Assembly: GCA_016926395.1 (NCBI GenBank)
Contig: JAFGOT010000035.1
Span: 692 to 64,691 of the forward strand
Reading direction: 5' to 3'
Length of the DNA stretch: 64,000 nucleotides
Origin: Candidatus Woesearchaeota archaeon
Lineage (GTDB): Archaea > Nanobdellota > Nanobdellia > Woesearchaeales > SKGA01
The translations under genes were made by a program, and so were the position numbers. Every line of letters starts with the position of its first letter. The stretch's first letter is position 1. A model generated the notes under the pieces. That model saw only the letters and a list, made by a program, of their open reading frames with translations. It was not told the origin of the DNA and ran no database searches. This document shows positions 1 through 7,975 of this stretch, one piece after another.

Positions 1-108
1 GCTACTGCAGGTGCAATTAAAAAGGTTGAAGAAGCAGGCGGTAAGGTAGAACTTATCGTTAATGAACAACCAGCTTCAGTTGAAGAAGCAGAAGAAGACT
101 CTGAATAG
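1..108 (+). CDS. rpl15: 50S ribosomal protein uL15, C-terminal fragment (gene starts upstream of the window)
   Basis: Frame is open from base 1 to TAG at 106-108 and reads ATAGAIKKVEEAGGKVELIV..., which resembles uL15 C-termini. It sits directly upstream of secY, as in the conserved archaeal string. A T-rich tract follows. Confidence 0.5.
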   Translation, partial: ATAGAIKKVEEAGGKVELIVNEQPASVEEAEEDSE

Positions 109-233
109 AGTTTTTTTTTTATTTTTCCTTTTTATTTTTTTGCTATAAATATTTATTGGGTTTGTTTAAGACATAGTTTTTTAAACAATCAAAACGATTA
201 CAATTACATATTCCTGAGAAGGGGTTTTTAATC

Positions 234-1586
234 ATGGTTACATTCGATAAAATTTTACAGTTAATCCCCGAGGTTAAAGGTCCTACACAAAAGCACCTTT
301 CCTTCAGACAAAAGTTAAAATGGACTGGCATAGTTTTATTAATCTTTTTTATGCTTGGAGCCACACACCTATTTGGTTTGGGTGATAACGCTTTATCTCA
401 ATTTGAGTATCTTAGTGTTGTTCTTGGTGCAAGTTTTGGTTCCATTATTTCCTTAGGTATTGGTCCTATTGTTACTGCTTCTATTGTATTACAATTGTTA
501 AATGGTGCAGGTATTGTTGGTTTTGATCTAACAACTCATGAAGGTAAAAGTCGATTTCAAGGAGTTCAAAAATTATTAACCTATTTTTTCATAATTCTTG
601 AAGCAGCCATTTATGTTTTAATGGGTGGTCTAAGTCCTATGCCTGGTATTCCTGCTATTGTAATAATTATTCAAATGGTTATTGGTGGTCTTCTAATAGT
701 ATTTTTAGATGATATAATCAATAAGTGGGGCTTTGGTAGTGGTACTTCTTTATTTATTGCTGCTGGTGTTTCACAACAGATTTTCATCCAAGCATTCAGT
801 CCTCTTCATCCAACTCAAGGCGGTGTTGTTAATGCTGATGCCTTTGTTGGTGCAGTTCCTCAATTGTTTAATGCTCTTTCCGCAGGTCTTCCTCAAGAAG
901 CAGCTTTAGCGTTAGGTTCTATAATTGCAACTTTAGTTATTTTTGGAGTTGTTGTATTTGCCCAATCTATGAAAGTAGAGATACCTCTTTCTTTTGGAAG
1001 AATTAGAGGTCATGGTATAAGATGGCCGCTTAACTTTGTTTACACAAATGTTATTCCTGTTATCTTAGTATCTGCTTTGGTTGCTAACATTCAATTGTTT
1101 GGTCAGTTACTTGCAAACAGAGGTCATGTTTGGTTAAATTCAGTCGTTCCCTTTATTAGAAATACTAATCTTTTAGCGCACATTTCCCAAGGAACTTTAA
1201 CGCCTTTGATAATTATTCAAAGCGTAACTTACATGTTGTTTTTTATCAGCTTGTCGGTAGTTTTTTCTTGGTTCTGGATGCAAACTTCAGGTCTTGATCC
1301 TAAAAGTCAAGCAAAACAAATGATGAGTTCAGGTTTACAAATTCCTGGCTTCAGAAAAGACGCAAGAGTACTTGAACGTTTACTAAAAAAATACATTTAT
1401 CCGTTAACTGTGATGGGTGGTATTTTTATTGGTTTATTGGCATCGCTTGCTAACATGACTGGAACGTTTGGTAGTGGTACTGGTTTGTTGTTAACTGTAA
1501 TGATTATTTACAAACTGTACGAAGATATTGCTAAACAGCACATGGAAGATATGAATCCTATGATGCGTAAAATGATGGGAAAATAA
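234..1586 (+). CDS. secY: Preprotein translocase subunit SecY
   Basis: 450 aa multi-TM protein with typical SecY stretches (GIGPIVTASIVLQLL, GFGSGTSLFIAAGV, GSGTGLLLTVMIIY). Position after uL15 fits the conserved order. Confidence 0.95.
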   Translation: MVTFDKILQLIPEVKGPTQKHLSFRQKLKWTGIVLLIFFMLGATHLFGLGDNALSQFEYLSVVLGASFGSIISLGIGPIVTASIVLQLLNGAGIVGFDLTTHEGKSRFQGVQKLLTYFFIILEAAIYVLMGGLSPMPGIPAIVIIIQMVIGGLLIVFLDDIINKWGFGSGTSLFIAAGVSQQIFIQAFSPLHPTQGGVVNADAFVGAVPQLFNALSAGLPQEAALALGSIIATLVIFGVVVFAQSMKVEIPLSFGRIRGHGIRWPLNFVYTNVIPVILVSALVANIQLFGQLLANRGHVWLNSVVPFIRNTNLLAHISQGTLTPLIIIQSVTYMLFFISLSVVFSWFWMQTSGLDPKSQAKQMMSSGLQIPGFRKDARVLERLLKKYIYPLTVMGGIFIGLLASLANMTGTFGSGTGLLLTVMIIYKLYEDIAKQHMEDMNPMMRKMMGK

Positions 1587-1703
1587 TTCTTCTCACTTTT
1601 TTTACTTTTTTATTTTTGTGTGATTAACATCAATATTGATTTGGGTGTTTATAATTGCTTTTTTGATACTCAAAAAATAATTTCATTTAAGAGGTAATAA
1701 ATA

Positions 1704-2483
1704 ATGACTTTTTTTGATACTGCTTTGGATCCAATTCTTAGACCTTTACTTACTTTAGGTCCTCTTTTAACTATTTTGATCATCAGTTTGATTGTTTCTC
1801 TTATTACTACTTTTATCTATAAGTATGCTACGGATCAAACAAAGTTACGAAAACTAAAGGCGGATATGAAACGTTATCAAAAAAAAGCAATGGCTTCAAA
1901 GGATGATCCTGAAAAAGCAATGAAAATGCAAAAAGAAATGATGAAGTTAAATGGAGAATACATGCGTTCTTCAATGAAATCTATGCTTTATACTTTCTTG
2001 CCAATATTATTATTTTTTGGTTGGCTTGGTGCTAATCTTGCTTTTGCTCCTATCGTGCCTGGTGTTCCATTTAATGTCTCTGCAACTTTTGAAAGTGGTG
2101 TTTCTGGTTCTGTTGATTTAGTTTTACCTGTTGGTTTAACAATGAGTGATAATTTAACCAAACCTGTTCAAGAAGTTGTTTCTTGGAATAATATTTCTGG
2201 TCCTGCTGGAACTTATGATTTAAGCGTAATCCACAGTAGTGGTGAAGAGCAATTTTTTTCTGTTTTAATAACGGATAAACAAAAGTATGTTTCTCCTGAG
2301 CATTTATTAGAATCTGATATTTTTAAATCAGTTAATGTTGGTAATAAAAAGCTCTATCTTTTTAGATCGATTCCTGTTTTTAACAAAATACCTCTTATAA
2401 AGAATTTTAATTGGTTTTGGACATACTTCTTGTTCTCAATTATCTTTTCCACCACTTTAAGAAAAGTGCTTAAATTGGCTTAA
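1704..2483 (+). CDS. DUF106/EMC3-Oxa1-like membrane protein (archaeal YidC-like insertase family) with an inserted extracytoplasmic domain
   Basis: N-terminal TM followed by a Lys/Met-rich coiled coil (KLRKLKADMKRYQKKAM..KAMKMQKEMMKL) and TM2, typical of the MJ0480-like family. It occupies the conserved slot after secY. About 130 extra residues lie between TM2 and the last TM. Confidence 0.7.
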   Translation: MTFFDTALDPILRPLLTLGPLLTILIISLIVSLITTFIYKYATDQTKLRKLKADMKRYQKKAMASKDDPEKAMKMQKEMMKLNGEYMRSSMKSMLYTFLPILLFFGWLGANLAFAPIVPGVPFNVSATFESGVSGSVDLVLPVGLTMSDNLTKPVQEVVSWNNISGPAGTYDLSVIHSSGEEQFFSVLITDKQKYVSPEHLLESDIFKSVNVGNKKLYLFRSIPVFNKIPLIKNFNWFWTYFLFSIIFSTTLRKVLKLA

Positions 2484-2584
2484 ATCGCGTGTTTTAACGC
2501 ACTTTTTCTTTTCTAATTTTTCGGGAAGCTTTATAAATGGTCTTTAATTCTTGTACCTTACTTAAATTACAGAAGGTAATAACT

Positions 2585-2854
2585 ATGCCAAGAGGTATGT
2601 TTAAATCAAGAACCCTACGACGTGTTTTTAGACGTCTACCATCCGGTAAGTCTGAATTACGTTACGAACAAAGAAACCCTTCTGTTGCTCATTGTGCGAG
2701 ATGCGGATCTCAGTTGCACGGTATGCCTCGAATTCGAGCTTCCAAATTAGCAAGCGTTCCTAAATCTCAAAAAAGACCTGAGCGACCGTACGGTGGAGTT
2801 CTTTGTAGTCGATGTCAACGTGACATGATCAAAGTAGAGGCGAGAGAAGAATAA
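2585..2854 (+). CDS. rpl34e: 50S ribosomal protein L34e
   Basis: MPRGMFKSRTLRRV...CARCG...CSRC is the typical L34e N-terminus with a zinc-ribbon-like Cys pattern. The internal ATG at 2585 was chosen over the 2537 start in the ORF track. Confidence 0.9.
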   Translation: MPRGMFKSRTLRRVFRRLPSGKSELRYEQRNPSVAHCARCGSQLHGMPRIRASKLASVPKSQKRPERPYGGVLCSRCQRDMIKVEAREE

Positions 2855-2870
2855 TTTTCTTATTCCGTCT

Positions 2871-2895
2871 CTAGGATGAGGGCGACCCATCCTGG
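2871..2895 (+). other. GC-rich hairpin between L34e and L14e (8-bp stem, 9-nt loop)
   Basis: CTAGGATG (2871-2878) pairs with CATCCTGG (2888-2895), with one G-U pair. It stands out as GC-rich in an AT-rich genome. Confidence 0.3.
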
Positions 2896-2925
2896 CGAAA
2901 AAACAAGAGAAGGAGATCACAAAAA

Positions 2926-3237
2926 ATGATTTTTGAAATTGGAACTGTTTGTGTTAAACTTGCAGGAAGAGATGCTGGAAAACGTTGTGTTATTGTAGAT
3001 ACAATTGATGATTCTTTTGTACTTATCGATGGTCAAACACGGCGACGAAAGTGTAATGTTTGTCACTTAGAACCTACTAAACAAAAGTTAAGTATTTCTA
3101 AAGGTGCAGATTCCTCTGCTGTTAAGTCTGCTTTTAAAGAAATTGGTGTTGAAGTACTTGATGTTAAATCAAAAAAAGTTTCTGATAGACCAGTTAAAGC
3201 ACACAGACAACATGATAAACCCGCTAAGAAAAAATAA
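2926..3237 (+). CDS. rpl14e: 50S ribosomal protein L14e (KOW domain)
   Basis: IGTVCVKLAGRDAGKRCVIVD is a KOW motif typical of L14e. The C-terminus is basic, and an SD-like GGAG lies upstream. Confidence 0.9.
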   Translation: MIFEIGTVCVKLAGRDAGKRCVIVDTIDDSFVLIDGQTRRRKCNVCHLEPTKQKLSISKGADSSAVKSAFKEIGVEVLDVKSKKVSDRPVKAHRQHDKPAKKK

Positions 3238-3256
3238 ATCTTAGCTTTTTACTTTT

Positions 3257-3571
3257 TTATTTCTTTTCAAATCTATCTTTATCTCTTCCATAACATTTGT
3301 CCATCACTTTTGAAAAAGCTGTTTCAAGGTCTATTTCTAAAGAATTTGCAAGACAAGACAGTGTGAACAAAATATCTCCAATTTCTAAACCTAGTTCTTG
3401 GGTTTCTTCTGTTGATTTCTTTTTTTTCGGACCGTACATGTGGTTTACTTCACGTGCTAATTCGCCTGTTTCCTCCATTAGCCGAACCATTATTTCATGC
3501 GGTTTCCAGTACCCTATTTTGTGAAGTTGTATCCATTCATCTACTTCTTGTTGCATATTTTTCAGTGTCAT
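3257..3571 (-). CDS. MazG-like nucleotide pyrophosphohydrolase
   Basis: 104 aa all-alpha protein with EETGELAREV and ELGLEIGDILF metal-binding helices (EExxE...ExxD pattern). Confidence 0.8.
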   Translation of the reverse strand: MTLKNMQQEVDEWIQLHKIGYWKPHEIMVRLMEETGELAREVNHMYGPKKKKSTEETQELGLEIGDILFTLSCLANSLEIDLETAFSKVMDKCYGRDKDRFEKK

Positions 3572-3605
3572 ACACTGTTTTTTTCTCAGAACTATTTATT
3601 TTTTT

Positions 3606-4190
3606 CTAGAATGAGTTTGTTTTTCTATCAATACTTATGTTGCATACGTACTCTTTGTTGTTTATTGTGATTGTTTCTATTTTTTGTTGTCTTTTTAGCT
3701 CTGATAAGTATCTGTAAAACGTTGCTTTCGAGCAGTATCTGTACTTGTCAACAATTATTTCTTTTACGTTTTTTGATGTTGTTCTTTGTTTAGATGCAAT
3801 GGCTAAGATTTTTTGTTTTATTATTGTTTTTTTATTTTTTGCAACACTTTTTATGATTTCTTTTTCTAATGAATCCACATATTCCTCATGTGCTATTGGT
3901 GTTTTCTCTTCTTTTTTTTCTTCTAGCATTATGTAGCTTTCTTCTTCGGGTTGCAAAAATAGTTCTTTTGTTGTCGCTTCGATTTTTTGATTTTCTATTT
4001 TTTCTTCAAGCGCTTCTTGTTTTTTTAGAATTGTTTGATGATATGTTTTTTGCTGTTCAGTTATTTTTAATAGCTGATTTTGCAATTTTAAAATTTGTTT
4101 GGTTAAAATTTCGAGTCTTTCGTCTCTACTATTTGTTTCTTTTCCCACACTAAACAAATCCCTCATCCAATGATGTAATTTCTTTTTCAT
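3606..4190 (-). CDS. Hypothetical coiled-coil protein with a C-terminal winged-helix-like DNA-binding region
   Basis: 194 aa. The central region is a Glu/Lys/Gln coiled coil. The C-terminus CSKATFYRYLSELKRQQKIE looks like an HTH recognition segment. The gene is divergent from the GAGACT repeat field. Confidence 0.5.
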   Translation of the reverse strand: MKKKLHHWMRDLFSVGKETNSRDERLEILTKQILKLQNQLLKITEQQKTYHQTILKKQEALEEKIENQKIEATTKELFLQPEEESYIMLEEKKEEKTPIAHEEYVDSLEKEIIKSVAKNKKTIIKQKILAIASKQRTTSKNVKEIIVDKYRYCSKATFYRYLSELKRQQKIETITINNKEYVCNISIDRKTNSF

Positions 4191-4207
4191 ATTTAAATTT
4201 TACTCGC

Positions 4208-4385
4208 CAGTCTCATTTTTTGAGACTGAGACTCATCCGATACTGTATTGAGACTGTTTTTTGAGACTTTTGACTGAGACTGAGACTGTTAATTTGATTT
4301 TTCCATAGGAAATAAGGGGGTGTCTCATTTTTTTTATTTTGGGACTGAGACTGTCTCATTTTGAGACTGGGACTGCTTTGAGACT
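4208..4385. repeat. Dense field of GAGACT(G) short repeats (iteron-like), in both orientations
   Basis: Exact GAGACT starts at 4222, 4228, 4250, 4263, 4276, 4282, 4347, 4363 and 4380. Inverted GAGAC cores lie at 4208-4214, 4322-4326 and 4353-4357. Near-copies GGGACTG lie at 4341-4347 and 4369-4375. Confidence 0.85.
4301..4320 (+). promoter_or_regulatory. ORB-like element (dyad TTCCATAGGAA followed by a G-string)
   Basis: TTCCATAGGAAATAAGGGGG resembles archaeal origin recognition box architecture (TCCA-N-TGGAAA dyad plus a downstream G-string). Only a single copy is present. Confidence 0.25.
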
Positions 4386-4574
4386 ATCTAAGCTTGATTT
4401 GGTTCTTTTGCCTTTTTTTCTCTATTTTTTTCATTTTTTGACTTTTTGCGCATCACTGGACATTTACTCATAAGGTATATAAACAAGCCACTCTATTCGT
4501 TCTTGTATGGTAAAACCCCCTCGTCAGAGTCTCTGGCGGGTGAAATAAGAAGGGAAACCAAGGAGGAAATAACC

Positions 4575-4853
4575 ATGGAAAATATACATTTAGATAAAAA
4601 TAAACCCGAAAAAACGTTCAGAGCAAGTCCAATTGCGGCAACCATTTGGGTTAATGAAGCAACCAGCAAGGATGGTGAAAAATCATTCTACAGAACGATT
4701 TCTTTAGAAAGAAGCTTTAAGGATAAAGAAGGTGCTTGGCAAAAAACATCTTCGCTAAGAACTAACGATTTGCCTAAAGCAATTTTGGTCTTAAACAAAT
4801 CATATGAATATATTGCCTTAAAAGAAGAAGGCGAAACAATACTTGAGGAATAG
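4575..4853 (+). CDS. Small conserved-looking protein abutting radA; possibly a PC4/YdbC-like ssDNA-binding fold
   Basis: ATG at 4575 is preceded by GGAGG (4561-4565). Its TAG stop (4851-4853) directly abuts the radA ATG at 4854. The beta-rich segment followed by a helix (WQKTSSLRTNDLPKAILVLNKSYEYI) resembles PC4-like proteins. The functional assignment is tentative. Confidence 0.45.
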   Translation: MENIHLDKNKPEKTFRASPIAATIWVNEATSKDGEKSFYRTISLERSFKDKEGAWQKTSSLRTNDLPKAILVLNKSYEYIALKEEGETILEE

Positions 4854-5795
4854 ATGAAGATGTCAAAAGAGTTAACAATTGAAGATTTACCTGGTGTAGG
4901 TTCCGCTACTGCCGAAAAATTAGCTTCCTCTGGTTTTGATAATCCTATGGCAATTGCTGTAGCAACTCCTGGCGAACTTTCCGACGCGGCTGGCGTTACT
5001 GAAGCCGCTGCTAGAAAAATGATTCAAGCAGCACGTTCCATGATGGACATGGGTTTTCAATCAGGAGAAGATTTACTTAATAAACGAGAAAGGGTTATAA
5101 AAATTAAAACTGGAAGTCAAAGTTTTGATACTATGCTTAACGGTGGTTTTGAAACAGGAGCTATAACAGAATGTTTTGGTCAATATGGTAGTTCTAAAAC
5201 TCAACTGGCGCATATTCTTTGTGTTAGTATTCAAGCTCAAGAAAAGGACGCTGTGGCTGTTTATATTGACACAGAGAACACTTTTAGACCTGAAAGAATT
5301 ATTCAGATTGCCGCGGGCTTTGGTTTAGATCCTAAAGAAGTACTTCAAAATATTAAAGTTGCAAGAGCATTTAATTCTGATCACCAGATGCTTTTAGCAG
5401 AAAAAGTAGATGATTTAGTTAAAGAAGGACATAAAGTTCGTTTGGTTGTTGTAGATTCTTTGACTGCACATTTTAGAGCAGAGTTTGTTGGAAGAGGAAC
5501 TTTGGCTGAACGTCAGCAAAAGCTAAACAAACATATGCATGTTCTTGCTAAATTTGCTGATTTGAATAACGCCTGTGTTTATGTTACCAATCAAGTGATG
5601 TCAAAGCCCGATGCTTTTTTTGGAGATCCGACAGAAGCTATTGGAGGAAACATTGTAGCTCACAATAGTACTTTTCGAATTTATTTAAGAAAAGGGAAAA
5701 AAGGAACGAGGGTTGGAAAATTAGTTGACAGTCCAAATCTTCCTGATGCAGAATGCGTCTATGAAGTTGTGACAGAAGGAATTAAAGACGTTTAA
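4854..5795 (+). CDS. radA: DNA repair and recombination protein RadA
   Basis: N-terminal HhH (LPGVGSATAEKLASSGF), a RecA core with Walker A (GQYGSSKTQ) and Walker B (LVVVDS), and L2-like GGNIVAH. Confidence 0.95.
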   Translation: MKMSKELTIEDLPGVGSATAEKLASSGFDNPMAIAVATPGELSDAAGVTEAAARKMIQAARSMMDMGFQSGEDLLNKRERVIKIKTGSQSFDTMLNGGFETGAITECFGQYGSSKTQLAHILCVSIQAQEKDAVAVYIDTENTFRPERIIQIAAGFGLDPKEVLQNIKVARAFNSDHQMLLAEKVDDLVKEGHKVRLVVVDSLTAHFRAEFVGRGTLAERQQKLNKHMHVLAKFADLNNACVYVTNQVMSKPDAFFGDPTEAIGGNIVAHNSTFRIYLRKGKKGTRVGKLVDSPNLPDAECVYEVVTEGIKDV

Positions 5796-5856
5796 TTCTT
5801 TTTTATTTCTCTTTTTTTCTATATCTTTTTAAAGTCTAGTTAACTTTATTCTTCTT

Positions 5857-6906
5857 ATGATACCTTTAAAACTTGATTTTAATCATAATATCGTTTCGTT
5901 AAAAGTTTCTTTACCAGACGATTTATGGTACTTGTCTCATATCATTGCAGTAAATGACAGTATGACTATGAAGACGGAGCGAAAAATCAAATTAGGAGGG
6001 TCAGATACAAACGCTAAAGTTGTAAAAAAAATTATTGTTTTGACAATAACAGTTGAAGATATTTCTTTTTCAGATGATTCTTCTCAACTTCGTGTCAAAG
6101 GCAAAGTAACTCAAGGCCCTGAAGACGTTCCTCATGGCTCATATCATACTTTTGGAATTTCCGTTAATGATACTTTCACTCTTGTGAAACCTTCTTGGCC
6201 AAATTTTACTATGTCTCGACTTGACGAAGCAATAAAAAATAGGGATGATGTTATTTTATTTGTTTTATATGATCGTGAACAAGTTCTTTTTTCTTCTCTT
6301 AGACAAACAGGCATCCAACATCTTGGAGAGCAAAAAGGTGATGTTCAAAAAAAACAATTTGATTCTTCTTCTTCAACCGTTTTTTATGATGATATTCTTA
6401 AACAGACTCAACTTTATGATGAACAACTAAAACCAAAAAGTGTTGTTTTTGCTACTGCAAATTTTTTTAAGTCTTATGTTGAAAAAAAACTTCCTGATTC
6501 ACTAAAGAAAAAATCTTTTTTTATTGAATCGACTGTTGTTTCTAAATCTGTTGTTAGTAAACTTCTTTCAAGACCTGAACTTCAAAATATTCTCGCAAGT
6601 CAAAGACTTCAATCGGAGGTGTTGTTTGTCGATGAAGTGTTAAAAGAACTTAACAAAGACATGGTTGCTTATGGTTTTGATGATGTTGTTGAATCAGCTA
6701 CTACGGGTGCTATTTCTTATTTAGGGTTAACTGAAACATTTCTAAAAAAATCACGAGAAGAAAATTTTTATGATGCTTTAGATATGTTATTACAACAAGT
6801 TGATTCATCTAATGCTAAAATAATTTTTATTTATGGTGATGATGCTAAAAAAACTATTGATGGTCTTGGCGGTATTGTAGGTGTTCTTAGATGGAAAGCA
6901 AATTAG
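5857..6906 (+). CDS. Pelota (Dom34) homologue, mRNA surveillance/ribosome rescue factor
   Basis: 349 aa. The N-terminus (LKVSLPDDLWYLSHII) is typical of Pelota and the C-terminal half is eRF1-like. Confidence 0.85.
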   Translation: MIPLKLDFNHNIVSLKVSLPDDLWYLSHIIAVNDSMTMKTERKIKLGGSDTNAKVVKKIIVLTITVEDISFSDDSSQLRVKGKVTQGPEDVPHGSYHTFGISVNDTFTLVKPSWPNFTMSRLDEAIKNRDDVILFVLYDREQVLFSSLRQTGIQHLGEQKGDVQKKQFDSSSSTVFYDDILKQTQLYDEQLKPKSVVFATANFFKSYVEKKLPDSLKKKSFFIESTVVSKSVVSKLLSRPELQNILASQRLQSEVLFVDEVLKELNKDMVAYGFDDVVESATTGAISYLGLTETFLKKSREENFYDALDMLLQQVDSSNAKIIFIYGDDAKKTIDGLGGIVGVLRWKAN

Positions 6907-7760
6907 TTTTTGAATCAGAAATTATATCTTTAATTCAAGATAAACAAGAGTTAAAGTCTCTTGACAAAAGCTACATCAAAAAAATTCTTCTTTCAAATCT
7001 TTCAGATTCTATGATTAAAAAATTAAATTCATATTCTTCTTTTAAGCAATGTAAAAGGGGTAAAGTTTGTGGTGAATTAATTTCTCTAACAAGAAAAATT
7101 TTACGTGATCGTTATGGTGTTTTTATTAGAACTCCACTTTCTAATTACAAAAAGAAATTATTGTCTTTGTCTTCTTTTGATGATGATTACGTTGACTCTA
7201 TTCTGTCTTTTCATCAATCAACTTTTGAACGTTTGCCTTATTATTCTTCTTTCTATCCCTTGTTATTTAAAGAGCTTTTTTCTTTGGGTTTATCTGAGAA
7301 ATTTTCTTTAGGAGATTTTGCTTGCGGTTACAATCCTTTAGCGTATAAATATCTTCCTGTTAAGCCAACAAATTATTTCGCTTGTGATATTTCGTCTGAT
7401 GAAATGTCTCTGATTAATTCTTTTTTTGTAAATCAAAAAATTTCTGCTGAAGCTAGAAGCTTTGACTTGTTAAGTGATGATTTTTCTAATTTTATTTCCA
7501 ATCAAAAATTTGATGTTGTATTTTTATTGAAGGCTCTTGATTCTTTGGAGATTGTAAAAAAGCATTCTTCAAAAAAGTTATTGGATGCTATTAACACACA
7601 TTTTTTTGTTGTCTCTTTTCCTTTGGTTTCTATTGGTGGAAAAAATTCTATTGATTCAACTAAGCGTTCTTGGTTTGAAAAATTCTGTGAAAAACAATCG
7701 TGGTCTTATTCTACTTTAAGTGTTCCAAATGAGTTATTTTATGTAGTTAAGAAGGAGTAG
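6891..7760 (+). CDS. 16S rRNA (guanine1405-N7)-methyltransferase-like protein (Arm/Rmt, FmrO family)
   Basis: Blocks collinear with RmtB/ArmA: SFHQSTFERL, GDFACGYNPLAY, ACDISSDEM, DVVFLLKALDSLE, VVSFPLVSIGGKN...SWFE and ELFYVVKK. The gene overlaps the pelota 3' end by 16 nt. Confidence 0.8.
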   Translation: MESKLVFESEIISLIQDKQELKSLDKSYIKKILLSNLSDSMIKKLNSYSSFKQCKRGKVCGELISLTRKILRDRYGVFIRTPLSNYKKKLLSLSSFDDDYVDSILSFHQSTFERLPYYSSFYPLLFKELFSLGLSEKFSLGDFACGYNPLAYKYLPVKPTNYFACDISSDEMSLINSFFVNQKISAEARSFDLLSDDFSNFISNQKFDVVFLLKALDSLEIVKKHSSKKLLDAINTHFFVVSFPLVSIGGKNSIDSTKRSWFEKFCEKQSWSYSTLSVPNELFYVVKKE

Positions 7761-7975
7761 TCATCTCTTGTTTAACTTTACGTGGTAACCTCTTGGAACT
7801 CCTGCTTAGAGAAGACGTCTCAACCCGTCTATTCTTTGAATTATGCTATTTCAGCCTAATTTCACAGTAATTTTTTGTAACTATTATTAGTGAGTTAAAA
7901 ACAGTAACATATAAATAGTAGTATTTGGTGTATGAATTTTGAAAAAGGGTGAGGCCTTTTTGGAGGGTAAATTAA

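Noticed and set aside
2537-2584. N-terminal extensions given by the ORF track (also 4446-4574, 9350-9424, 19693-19770, 21149-21181, 57717-57785, 58270-58323, 31474-31545)
   Set aside because: The extensions are hydrophobic or low-complexity, are absent from known family N-termini, or overlap promoter-like sequence. Internal ATGs coincide with family-typical N-termini and/or SD-like motifs.
4200-4390. CRISPR array or tandem satellite
   Set aside because: The repeat unit is only 6-7 nt, occurs in both orientations and has irregular spacings of 0-60 nt. There are no ~30-nt repeats or spacers and no cas genes in the window.
7761-7975. Possible ncRNA in the 215-nt gap before the TrmB-family gene (contains the AGACGTCT palindrome and is relatively GC-rich)
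   Set aside because: I could not fold it into any recognisable RNA class (no C/D or H/ACA boxes, no tRNA-like arms). It is more simply a terminator/promoter region and would need covariation analysis to revisit.
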